A DNA stretch of 64,000 nucleotides from Podarcis filfolensis (Eukaryota): NCBI GenBank assembly GCA_964270895.1, contig OZ185443.1. The stretch is one strand, 5' to 3'. The translations under genes and the position numbers were made by a program. The notes beneath the pieces are model-generated. The model saw nothing but the letters and a program-made list of their open reading frames with translations, searched no databases and had not been told where the DNA came from. The first letter of the stretch is position 1; every line of letters begins with the position of its first letter. This document shows, one piece after another, positions 37,001 through 49,000 of this stretch.

Positions 37001-40000
37001 GAGTCAAACAGGAACAAATAAGCAGTACTGGAATAGACAGTAATATTTTTATACTTGTCCCAGGAGACCAGATTCAGTGAAAGGTAGGTGTACTTAGATC
37101 ATATTTAAATCAAAGATGCATCACTAGTGTGGTTACTTGAATGTAACTTCCACTGAAATAAACTGGATTTCTGAGGGTCATAGCCCTATCAGCATTTCAT
37201 TGATTTCAGTTGGGTAGGGATAACATTGTGCTTAACCCTCCCACTGAAATCTACAGGACATTCCAGTGCTGAACTCCCAAATAGACTATGTTCATCACAT
37301 GGAAGTTCCAGTGAAATCAATAGGACACTTTGCATGTTTGGAAACAAATTAATACTGAAATGTCCAAATCTGTGAGTACACTTTGCTAAATCTCAAATTT
37401 TGTATGTTCATTGGTTGTTTAATTAGGTAACATAAGCATAGGGAACTACAAACATCAGAGTTTGATCTCATTTTGCTTTGTCCCCAGATTTTAACAAAAA
37501 CACACTTGCCCTGAGAATAGGTGCTTTAAAGCTTACAGTTCACCAAAGTGAACACATCCCCGTTAGCCAGAGGTGGCAACCCAACAGAGGCCCAGCTTTG
37601 TTGCCTGCCTTAGGAATGCAAGAACAAGGGGACTTGGGAAGGAATTTGTCAAGCCACAACAGAAAATGAAGTGGCAAACTGGCCACTTCATTATGTTACT
37701 GTACTTGCTGCACTAGCAGCTAGATCATATTGCACCAAACCAGAAAACTCCTCAGGGTTGGGTTATGTTAGCAGCCATGTTAGCATAACTTCACGAAACA
37801 TTAAGCCAGGGTTGCATGGATGTTGCAATAATCCTACAGATTGAAAACACCGACATCCAATGCTTTAACACTGGATTTTAAGGCGGCTAAACTGGTGCTG
37901 CTGATTAATGATTGAAATGGGAAGGTCATTCAGCTTCAGCAGTTTCTTGCTCAGTGGGTACTAGCGTCTTTGAAGAATATATAGTTACAAGTCAGCTAAC
38001 TATTTCTTTTGGGTTCATGCTTTTAAAGCACTTTCTGACTGGCAAGCCACATTAAAGAAAGGTCGTTGTTCCACTTAGTTTCTGACTGTCTCCAAAGCTA
38101 TTTGCTTGTCAGAGTAAGACACTTAGGTTTAAAGAATGTGATAAAAAGGCAGACTTTTCTAGCTCAATTCATTTATAACATAATAGACTCATGGAGCTCT
38201 GTTCTCCTGGCAGTATTTTCCTCCTTGAACATTTGATAAATTTCAATTGTGGTTGAAGAGAGTCAAGTTGTCGACCATTTGTAAAAGAAAGTTAAGTGTA
38301 GCAACTAGGATGCATTGTTCATCTTATGACATTCATGCCCCTGATGTTATAAAGAAGGAATAAAAATATGTTCCATATGAATACAAGCAGGGAGAACGAT
38401 ACTCCTGGTTTCATAATCCAGACCAGAAAGTAAATCTATTGCACATAACGGAACAGCAAAAATATATATTTTGTCAAAACAATACTGATTTTAATTAAAA
38501 TTAATAATCAGTTTTGCACAATGAGATAATTTAGAATTTGGAACATTGCCTTCATTGTCAGCTGTGGGTAGGAGAACATAAGGGCTTATGTAACCCTTTT
38601 CTCATGCTCCCCTGCATCTTAGTTGCAAACCATCAACAAAAAAACGTAAACATGTAAATGAAAAACACTGAATAGACCACTAAACCCACTGCACAAAAAT
38701 GGAGTCAGTTTTCAAAGTAAGACAACATAAACAAGTATTAACTGTGCTTAAATTTTGTCTGTGGGGTGCTAATATACCATTGAAATTGCCACTCAATTTC
38801 CATACAAGGGAAAATATGCTGTTAATAAATTGCTAGATTATTATAGATAGGAACAAAATCTAAATTGTTCATATGTACCCAGGTTAAGTGATTATGAATA
38901 ATCCAATTTAGATGTAGGGCAAGCAGACATAAGAATTTTAATTAAGAAGCTGTAAAGAAAAGGAAATTTTGAGGAGTAGGATCTAAGGAAACCTACATAG
39001 TGGCAGCTAAATAATGTTGGAGGAAAATAACTGCCAGGTAGGATTCAGACTTGCACAAATATAAACATAAATAGCAAGTGATTTTATAGTTATAAAAAAA
39101 ACAACTTTTGAGTGGGACCTGTATACACTTCACTGATTGAATACTATGTTGAGAGGGTGAAGTACAGGTTGGTGAGGGTGAAGTACAGGTTGGTGGGTGA
39201 GGAGTTATGAAACTGAATGCATCTGAAATGTAAAAACTGAAAGAGCAAACCTATTCAAGTTTGAGGAGGGAAAGCAGATAATCTCCCATCTCAAAATATA
39301 AAAAGAGCAAGCAAGTGGCAAGACACATACAGAGGCCTACTAGCAATGGTTTTTAATAGCTATCTACTATAGCAATCCACAAGTCCCTCAGTAAGTCAAA
39401 GAAATTATCAGAGTCTTTCAAATATTTAACATGTGGTTGGTGGTTTTTTCTCAGTGTGCAGGGTGCAAAGAGGGTTATAGAGAAATGCAAGCCAATACAT
39501 TTCATTACAGTGCACAAAAACATTACAGCAATAATTTTCATTCCAGACCAGTATGCCAACACATTTGCCATGCCATACTCCAGCACAAAAAGAGAAACGG
39601 AACTCACCTGAAGCTCTTTCATGCTCCACAAGATTTGTATAGAGATTGAATATCTGTTCCTGGACTTTGCAAACAGATCTTTTAATTTTTTCCCGTCGGG
39701 TCACCATATATGTAAGGTTTCGTACCTAAAAACACAATATGTAATATTATGTAGATTCATGTAAGAGAACCATATTTTGAAGTTGATATTTGAATTTTAA
39801 AAACCTCCTAAAAAGGAGCTTTTCCAAGCTAGAAAACATTTTGCAACCCAATCTGGCATGTGTACTGGGTTACTAGTGCTGAAGGAGAGGTATGTTACAC
39901 CAGCAAAGAGGACCCCTTTTCTTTATTCCTACAGTGGTACCTCTGGATGCAAACAGGATCCGTTCCGGAGCCCCGTTTGCATCCTGAAGCGAACACAACC

Positions 40001-43000
40001 CGTGTCTGCGCGGGTCACGGTTCGCTGCTTCTGCGCATGCCATCATTTTGAGCGTCTGCGCATGCGTGAGTGGCGAAACCCGGAAATAACACGTTCCATT
40101 ACTTCCGGGTCGCCGCAGAGCGCAACTCAAAAACGCTCAACCTGAAGCAACATTAACCTAAGGTATGACTGTAGTTCCCACATTAAGAACCTATGAAGAG
40201 GTCCTCCTCCAAGGGTCTTCTGATGGTTCCCTCACTGCGAAAAGTTACAGGGAAACAGGCAGAGGGCCTTCTTGGTAGTGGCGCCCACCCTGTGGAATTG
40301 CCCTCCCTTCAGATGTCAAGGAGATAAAGAACTACATAATTTTTAGAGACACCTGAAGGCAGTCCTGTTTAGGGAAGTTTTTAATGTTTGCTATTTTATT
40401 CTGTTTCAATATATGCTGTAGGCCACCCAGAGTGGCTGGGGAAACCCAGCCAGATGAGAAGGGTATAAATAATAAAAATATTATGATAAGTACTTTCTTT
40501 TGTCTGTCCTTTTGTATTCTAACATTTGGCTTCATTGAATGTCCCTGAGTTCTAGTAGTATGAGAAGGGGAGGGGGACATCTTCTTTACCACATTTTACA
40601 CACCATGCATATTTTTATACACCTCTATCATGTCATCTCTAAACTAAGAAGCCTCAAATGTTGTAACTTTACCTCCTAGTGGAGATGCTCCAGCACCCTC
40701 CTCTGCACTTTGGGTTGCTCTGTTCTAACTTTACAAGCCCTTATTGAGGTGAGACAACCAAAACTGTACACAATATTCCATTGCACTACAGATTTATATA
40801 ATGACATATTGGTGATTTTATTTTAAATTTCTTTCCTAATGATCACAAACATGGAATTTGCCTTTTTCCACTGCTCCTGTACACCAAGTCAACATCTTCA
40901 CAGAGTTATCCACTACAGCCCCAAGGTCTCCTTCCTAGTCAATCACTGCCAGTTCAGACCCCAAGAGCACATATGTGAAATTTAGAGGGTTTATTCCAAT
41001 GTACACCATGTTACACTTGCATCACATTTGCCATTTTACTGCCCATTAACTCAGTTTGGAGAGATTCTTTTAAAGCTCTTCACAAACCCTTTCGTTTTAA
41101 GAGATTCTGGAGCTAAGCACTGGAGTTGAGAACAAGTTCAGAATGGCCACATTGTTCAAAGCATCAATCAAAGGCAGGCAGCTTTCGGAACAGCTTCACA
41201 TTCTCCCAGGGAGGTGTTCGTGCCACACTAAACTGAAAATCTCCAAGAATCTACATTACTTATCAAACAGAATAGATGAAAGTTTATTACTTTCTATCAC
41301 AGCCACACACCCACTCCAGTGGCTTTTTGTGAGCACAGGAGCTCTATAATGCACAGAAAGCTGTTCTACCCACAGGGGGTTTTCCTACTCACTTTAATGA
41401 AGGGAAGACCCCTACAACTACAAAGGGATGTGTTTATAAAGCGTTCACCATGTTGAGAGAACCTGGGAAGTCTACTCATGCAGAACAAACCTGGTTTCAG
41501 AGTCCATAGCAAGGCCCACAAATTTACTGTTTGCAACTGCTTCTCCCATCCTCACCTTGCAAGTCAGAAGCAGGCCTTGCAGCATAGGATCTGGGAAATA
41601 GCAAGCACAAAGGATGTAGAAGGAAATCCCTACTCATTGCATGAACATGTCACAACACACCATTACGCTCAGAGAAGTTCCAGCAAAAGGAGGGGCAGAG
41701 GTGGAACTGCCTCTTCTCTAATCATTCTGAGAGGACCTTAGTGGGATGGGATCCAAGGCCACATGCATTGACCATTGTGCACCTTTCAGCTGCATTGAGC
41801 AGGATTTTTATGCCTGATCCGACAGCATTCAAACATCAGGATTGGTAAGGCAACTGAGGCAAAATCCATCTTTCAGACCTACCAAACAACACAGCAACTT
41901 ACCCTCTCCAAATCCTGCCGGAGGTGGGTGAAAAGCTGTAGCCGCCTGAACAGAACATCCTGCTCCCGTTTGGCCAGATTGTCCTCTTCATCTTTCTTTG
42001 GGGTGATCAAAGGTTTGTTGAAGTTTGATTTCCGCTTCAACTTCCAGTACTGGTACATAAATTCTACAGAGTCCTCGGGAAGCTGCAGGGCCTTGGCCAC
42101 TTCCGAGGCGTTGACAAAGGCATAGAACTCATCTTCCAGTTGCTGAAGCTTCTGCTTGCGAACGCTGACCCTGTGGGCCTCCTCCTGGTTTTGATCCATG
42201 CTGTCAAAAGGTTCTAGGTGAGCAGGAGGGGAACTGTCCTGTGCTCCGTTCTCATTTTCCTGGCTGGTGAATTCGCTGAGGTTTTCCTCATCTGACTTCT
42301 TGGTGGAGCTGTGCTTGGGGCAATAAGACTTGAACTTGACTTCATCATTGTCGGCCAGAATGGTCTTCATCTCCAAGCCACGGTCAAACGCACAAGTGAC
42401 ATGGAAGGCTGTGCGGCAGTTTTTCACTGAACACTGTAGATGAGGGGATGGAGGAACAGATCTTAAAACATTTACATTTTATATGTTTGTAGCTAACAGG
42501 TTGTGTAAAAACAATCATATGGTTTTGCAAGGCCTAAGTATCTTATATTTCATTATGAGCTCCCTTGAGCCCAACACAAGGTGGGATAGAAATATATTCA
42601 TAGCGGCTCAAATCTCAACAACCACAAGTGGACTTCTGCTGAAGTAATAGCCATCTCCTGCCTCATCGTCACTGCAGTTGCTTGCACATCCCATTAAAAA
42701 AGCTATTTCTGCTGCTTGCTATCATATTTCAATCCTTGGCAAAGAAGCTCACATGTAGGCTGCATGTGGCCACACTTAATGGTCTGGGAGCACTTAATAC
42801 TGCAGCATTATTGAAGTTCAGCAGGTGTGGACCCAATAAGTACCTGAACGGAGGACTACTGCAAGCCCCACATAAACTGCTCTGAGATTTCTAAAGGCAG
42901 AGCAGAATAACAAATAAAAGAAGTGCTTCAGAACTTCTTTCTGTGGGTCTCAAACAAGCAGCTTGTAGCAAAGCTCTACGAAGCAAATAGCTTATGTTTC

Positions 43001-46000
43001 AGGATGTGCTTCAATAGGCATTAACAGAGAGAGAAAAATCCCTTTACACGCTACCTCTCTTCTCCCCCTTCAGGGCTCTCCTCCAACTCCAATGAGGATG
43101 GAATAAATGAGTGTCACTGACATTTATGATGACAGGAAAATGCCAGACTTAACCCAAACGTATCTCACGTGAGAAATATGTGTGCGGCAGAAGGATATTT
43201 ATACAGTCCTTTTGTGAAAAGGAGCCAATTATCCTCCTCCTCAGTGTTTTCCTACTCAGGTTGACTCAGCAGCCAGATGTCATTTAAAAGTGCACAGCAG
43301 GGTTCAAACTGTAGAAGCTTCAGATAAATCTACTTGAATAAAGTCAACACTGAGGCACAATATGAAAGGCGGTGAGATGTAAATTGCCCTCTGGCCTTCC
43401 CCAATAAACCTTCACTGACAAACAGGCCGACAGTGACCTAAGGGTGCAATGAACAGTTTCTCCATGCAGTAAAGCTGAATTTTAATTTGGGCTCTATGCT
43501 GCTGTCATTTCACATCTCTAGGTTAAAGAGTATGAGAAAGATTTCACAGCAGGGAAAGAAGTCTGCTTAATTTGGAGAGGATTGGGGGATGATATTCCAT
43601 GTGCACAGCCTCCTGCCACCTTCTGAAATTATTGGAAACATTCCATAAGAGAAAGCATTGGGCCAACTACCTCTTTCCTTAAGCAAAGATGTTAAAGGAA
43701 ATATATGCTGCAATTCCTTCATCTACACAAATATGGTTGTGTAAATCTACATTTAGCATTCAGTTGCACTAGTTGCCCATATGCTTCCATATGTTCAAAG
43801 TTCTTGTATTAATTTACAAGGCCCTTAACAACTTGGGTCCAGGTTATCTCAAAGACTGCCTTATCTCTTACGTTTCTGTTTTATAACTTTGGTCTTTGGG
43901 GGAGTCACTTGTCTCCCATGCACAGCTTATAACCACCAGGGTTTGTACATTCATTATTGTGTACCCAGTTTTATAGAATTCCTGTCCAGCTAAGGTCAGA
44001 CAAGCCTGCCCCCCCAAAACTTATTGTGCTTACTAAATACTATTTTTTATTCCAGCAGGCTTTTTAAATGAATTCTAATTTTACAGTTTTAATTCATTTT
44101 TAGTTTCCTTACATAAAGTCTCCTGTACACTGCTTAGATTCAACTGTAATTAAGTGGTATATAAAGTGTCAAAATAAATAAGTAAATCCTTACTGCTGTG
44201 CAGCTATGCAGCGATTTCAATTCTCCTGTTCAAATGTACACATAAAAAAGACACACTGCCACCTCGATCCCAAAGGAAGCTGTCAACGTGACTATTGCTA
44301 GGGTTGACAATGGCTAAAAGGATTTGTAATCATGTAACTACTTGGCTTTTAAGTGGTCACTCAACTGGAAACAATTAATTATAACAACATTTATATATCA
44401 TGAAGCCATAACTTCAGTTTCCTAAAGTAAGAGGACAATTTCTCTTAAGCATGAAACTTCTTACAGTTTTGAACTATCTACCAGCTATGCATTGACAGGA
44501 ATGGGAAGTCATCTTTAAGTTTCTTTTATATCACATGTGGCACAAGGAGGATGGAGCTAGCACAACTGAATGATCTGTGCCATGGAAGGTTGTTAAAGAG
44601 TCCCAGAGCTCACATCTCACTTGCCATCAGAAGCAAATTAATCAAGAAGCAAAATGTTAATCTGCGATGGAAACTTACATTAAGAGCATTAAATATATTA
44701 GATTGCAGTCCTACATTTCCCGTCTCTGAGACAGTGTGATATTCTGTACATTCTTGTAAACGATCTCCCAGATTAAATCTGCAGCCATATAATTACAGAT
44801 ATTCAATCATCATTTCAGTGGTGATATTGCTCTGTGTGATTGTGATGCAGGCCTGCAGCCAGAACCCCTCTGAGACACTTCTTGCTGATGTAAGTTTGTC
44901 ACCCACCACCCACTAATTCGTAATGGCGAAATTCCCTAGATCCATCAATGAACCCACCCACCCTTCTTACCCCAGACATAGTCAATAAAAGGAAGCAAGT
45001 TACGCCTGCATTCAGGCCTATACTAGGTTGAATATAATGTAAGTATAGGATTATTTAGAACAAACTTTTATTTTCACTCTTTCAGTAAACTCCCTATTTT
45101 GCCCACTATCTTGTATTTTCCATAAATATTTTAATTTTAATCCTGGGGTTGACCGGGGTTGAACATTCAGTCTGAATCCTAGGATCACTTAGCTAACAGG
45201 TGTCATATATCTGTGCACCAGTCGGTTTTCCATGCTACTTGCTTAGCATGGAGGTAGCAGGAACCACACACTGGATTCCAGCTGCCTTTAGGCAGGAGGG
45301 AATTTCCTAACTCTGTTCTCCTCACAGATAAAAAAAAGATGTGTGTTTATTTCTCACCCCAAACCTAGGTGGTTTTGAAGAAAGAAATGGTGGCAGTGTA
45401 TGTGTGAACAACCTGCATGAAGTGCACTAGCGTGATCCTACACTTCAGGACAGATGGGGTGGTTTCACCACAAGCGCTCTTGGTTCTTAAGAGATTAAAA
45501 ATCAGAATGAAAGCCCATCAGTGTATTTCAAGGATGTGGGAGGAGTCAATCCAACAATCTGATCAAGCACCACCTTATCAGAGCATGCCCAAACACATTC
45601 ACTTGCGGGGGGAAACCAAAATACCACCCATGTCATGCATGCATCAATGCCTTGCCTTGTGATAGCAGTGGGTAATACTGGAAAGTAACCCAATGTGCAA
45701 AAGTAATACCAGAAAACCACAACCGAGATTCTTCCCTCAAGCACATGGGTGGGTGTTTTTGTAAACAGCATGTTCCCCAAAGCAATAGCAACGCCCTTTT
45801 TTGATGTTTGCATTATCAACTCTGCAGGACCTACATAAGGAAGAACAGGACACACCCACTAGTATCTATATTCAGGGCAAAGATTCTAGCAAAGAGATGA
45901 AGGTCTGCAAAGGACTTTTAGTATTTATTTATTAAAGCACTGGGCACCAATTAGGTTTCTATGATTCATATTCCGTGCTTTTGTTTTACACTTCGTTTGG

Positions 46001-49000
46001 AAAGGGAGCAGTAAACAAAGCCTCTGGCCAAGTGCTTGAAAGGCTGTCTGGCTGCACTACTGAATCTCTGGCGTATCAATGATTCAGAGCAGAGAGTGAA
46101 GCCAGGGAGGGGCCAGTGCAACTGAATGATCTGCACACAGAGCAATCCCCTAACACATGCCCTTGCCCTACAGCGAAGTTCAGTTTCCTCGAAAGCCCTG
46201 CATGGGCAAGTCAATGAAAAGAATTCCCCCAAGTTCACATCTACAGAGTGGAGGACATTGCTTGCTATATGCTTGCATCTTTCTCCATATTAAACAATGA
46301 CTTCTTTTGTAGTTAAAACACCCACCCACACATACAGGATACAGTCAGGTTAGCTCCCTATTCAGGTAGCAGTTCTTTCATGTTTATGCATAAAATATTT
46401 ATTAGCATTCTAAAATCCAAGCGCTGCAAAGCGAGTGCTCTACGTTAATAAATATTTTATGCACAAACATGAAAGAACGACTAACTGAACAGTGAGCTAA
46501 CATGAATTGTCTTCTCGTGTGTGTGCTATAAATCTATCACAGTGAGAGAGAGAGAAAGTAATCATTCTTTATCTAGGAATCTGAGAGGGCTAATTAGAAC
46601 AAGCTGAAGAGAGTTTTATATTGACAGAGCTCGATTATCACACCAATATACACCAGTCACCAATGCCTATTTTTCACTGGCAAAACTACAGTATCACCAG
46701 CCATAGAAAATCATTCTGAGCCAATTTCACATTAACTGAAGTATTTGTTTCAGTTAGATACTTCTTGTCCTAGTACTGGTCTCTCTTTATTTGTGAACAT
46801 GCATGTTTCCTCTTTACAAAATGGTGGGTTTAGTGCTTTTAAAAAAGAAACAGCACAAAATATTTACTAAAAAATTCACACACACACACACCACAAAATG
46901 TGTAATTGGCAACCATATTAACCAATTACTTGGAGGGGGAAGTCTGTACAACATAATAAATAGCAGGGCAGTGTGAGGTCAGAACATAACAACATCCCTG
47001 TTGCATAGCACCACCAACCTAAGCCGTGACCAACCAGATGCCTATAAGAAGCCTGCAAGCAAGACAAGTACAATGGCACCCTCTCCACTTGTGCTCCCCA
47101 TCAATTGGTATTCAGAGGCACACAGCCTCAGATACTACAGGTAGCATACAGCTGTTGTGGCTACTTGTCTTTGATAGCCTGATCTGTCTAAATCACTTTT
47201 AAAGCCATCCAAGTTGGTGGTCATTACTGTATCTTGTGATAATGAATTCCATAGAGTCAACTCATGCTGCTCTTCAACACCACAGGAGAACTGTGTGAGG
47301 AACAATAAAACTACCACCAAAGAAACTAGAAGAAGATTTGGTGGTGAATGGATGGGAAGTGTGCACCAGCATTTTGATACAGGCAAGGCTAATAAATGAT
47401 ACTGGCCCTAAAAAATACATCTCTTTGTCCGCATGCCCATCCACCTGCACCAATCGTCGCACTGCCCACAGCCGTTGTCACTCAACACATAGCACTGCGC
47501 AGCCCGCAACCTCTGGTGCACAGCCCCAAACGTCGTGCCACAACGCTGCAGAGGTGCCAGAACGCACCAATGAGGTGCCAGAACTCAGTTCTGGTGAGTT
47601 CTGGCTGAAAAAAAGTCCTCGGTACAGTCAATTTCCCATTCCCAAGCCACACGAGATCGCACACATCGCAGCAAACCCGGAAGTGGCACAAAAGGGCAAG
47701 AAGTAGGAAATGAAACTTTTTTTATCATATCTATACCAAAATAGATTTCACAGACTGCTATGGATCTTAGGAAACCATCAGCAGAAACAAAATATGAGGA
47801 TGTTGCATATCTGTGTAGTGAACCAACTAAAGTGGGAGTGGTAGGGAACAGAGGCCCGCTAGACATTGCTGGACTACAACTCCTATCATCCCTGACCATT
47901 GGCCATGCTGACTGGGGCTGATAAAGAGTTGGGGGCCTGACAACATTTGGCTGGCTACAAGTTCACTACCTCAGATTTCAAGTAAGGGTCCTTGCTTTTA
48001 GCAGACATTGAGTAATATGACAACAAGGCCTAAATATCTTCAGTCCAAAGCAGACCCCAAATTAAAATCCTAAATTGATGTTTCATACAGCTAAACAACA
48101 TCTGCACATCTGTACTTCATGGAAGTTAAAAATGAAAGCCTCACTACAGTAGCGAGCTTTTTTGTAGCAAATGCATGTTCATAATACCCAGTCAGAGTGA
48201 TTTACCTGTATGGATGCCCCAACCTTCTCGTTACAAAGACTGCACACCAGGGCCCATCTGCTGCTGGGAATATGGGAGACCTTTGTGATGGGTTCCATCT
48301 TTTCTGGGCTGCCAATGCTCACCTAAGATAAATAAAGAAGAGGGTGGGTGGGAATCAAGCAGTGAACAAAGAACAGGAAGCATGACTATCCTGGAGTGAT
48401 CTTGCTACGGACAAAAAGGTAAGCTAACTATTTAAGTGCCCAACCATTTATTAAAGCTATTTTTAAGGATAGAAAATTATTACATTTTTATTACACCCTT
48501 CTAAGGACCTCAGAGCAGCATGCACAATTCCCTCACCACCACCACCACCTAAAGTTGTCTTCATAACAACATTCTGAGGTAGTAGGATAGGCAGTAAGTG
48601 ACTGGTTTGTGGTCACCGAGAAACAGGAATTTGAACCCAGATCTCCATAGCTAGCTGTGTTGTTTGTATCCTCACATTCTTGCAAATCCTCTTGGTTACC
48701 ACTGACAGGTGGCACTACTCCAGGGTCCATGATGATGGGTGCTATTGCACCTTGTCTTCCTGCAAATCCCATTTTCAGATGAAGCTGGGGCAACACTCTC
48801 TCCAAATGGCTTCTGACACTGACACTCCTTGTTGACACCACCACCACGGCTGTCTGCTCTCACTATAAAACATACAATACTCTGTATTCTCCATTCTGAG
48901 CATGTGCAGAGGAATCAGTTGCCTGAAACACCCACCTCAGGAATCCAGAGGGCACAGCTAACATGGACCCACTTAGTCCCACTACGAGTTGGCTTCATGG

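Noticed and set aside
36560-37330. Recurrent CAGTGAAATCAAT / ATTGATTTCAGT motifs resembling spaced repeats
   Set aside because: Irregular spacing and divergent copies fit decayed hairpin-type repeats common in reptile genomes; not a CRISPR array or regular tandem array.
39426-39607. 60-codon read-through after the 118-nt JADE1 exon
   Set aside because: Strong gtgagt donor, AT-rich non-coding-like peptide and no known equivalent isoform.
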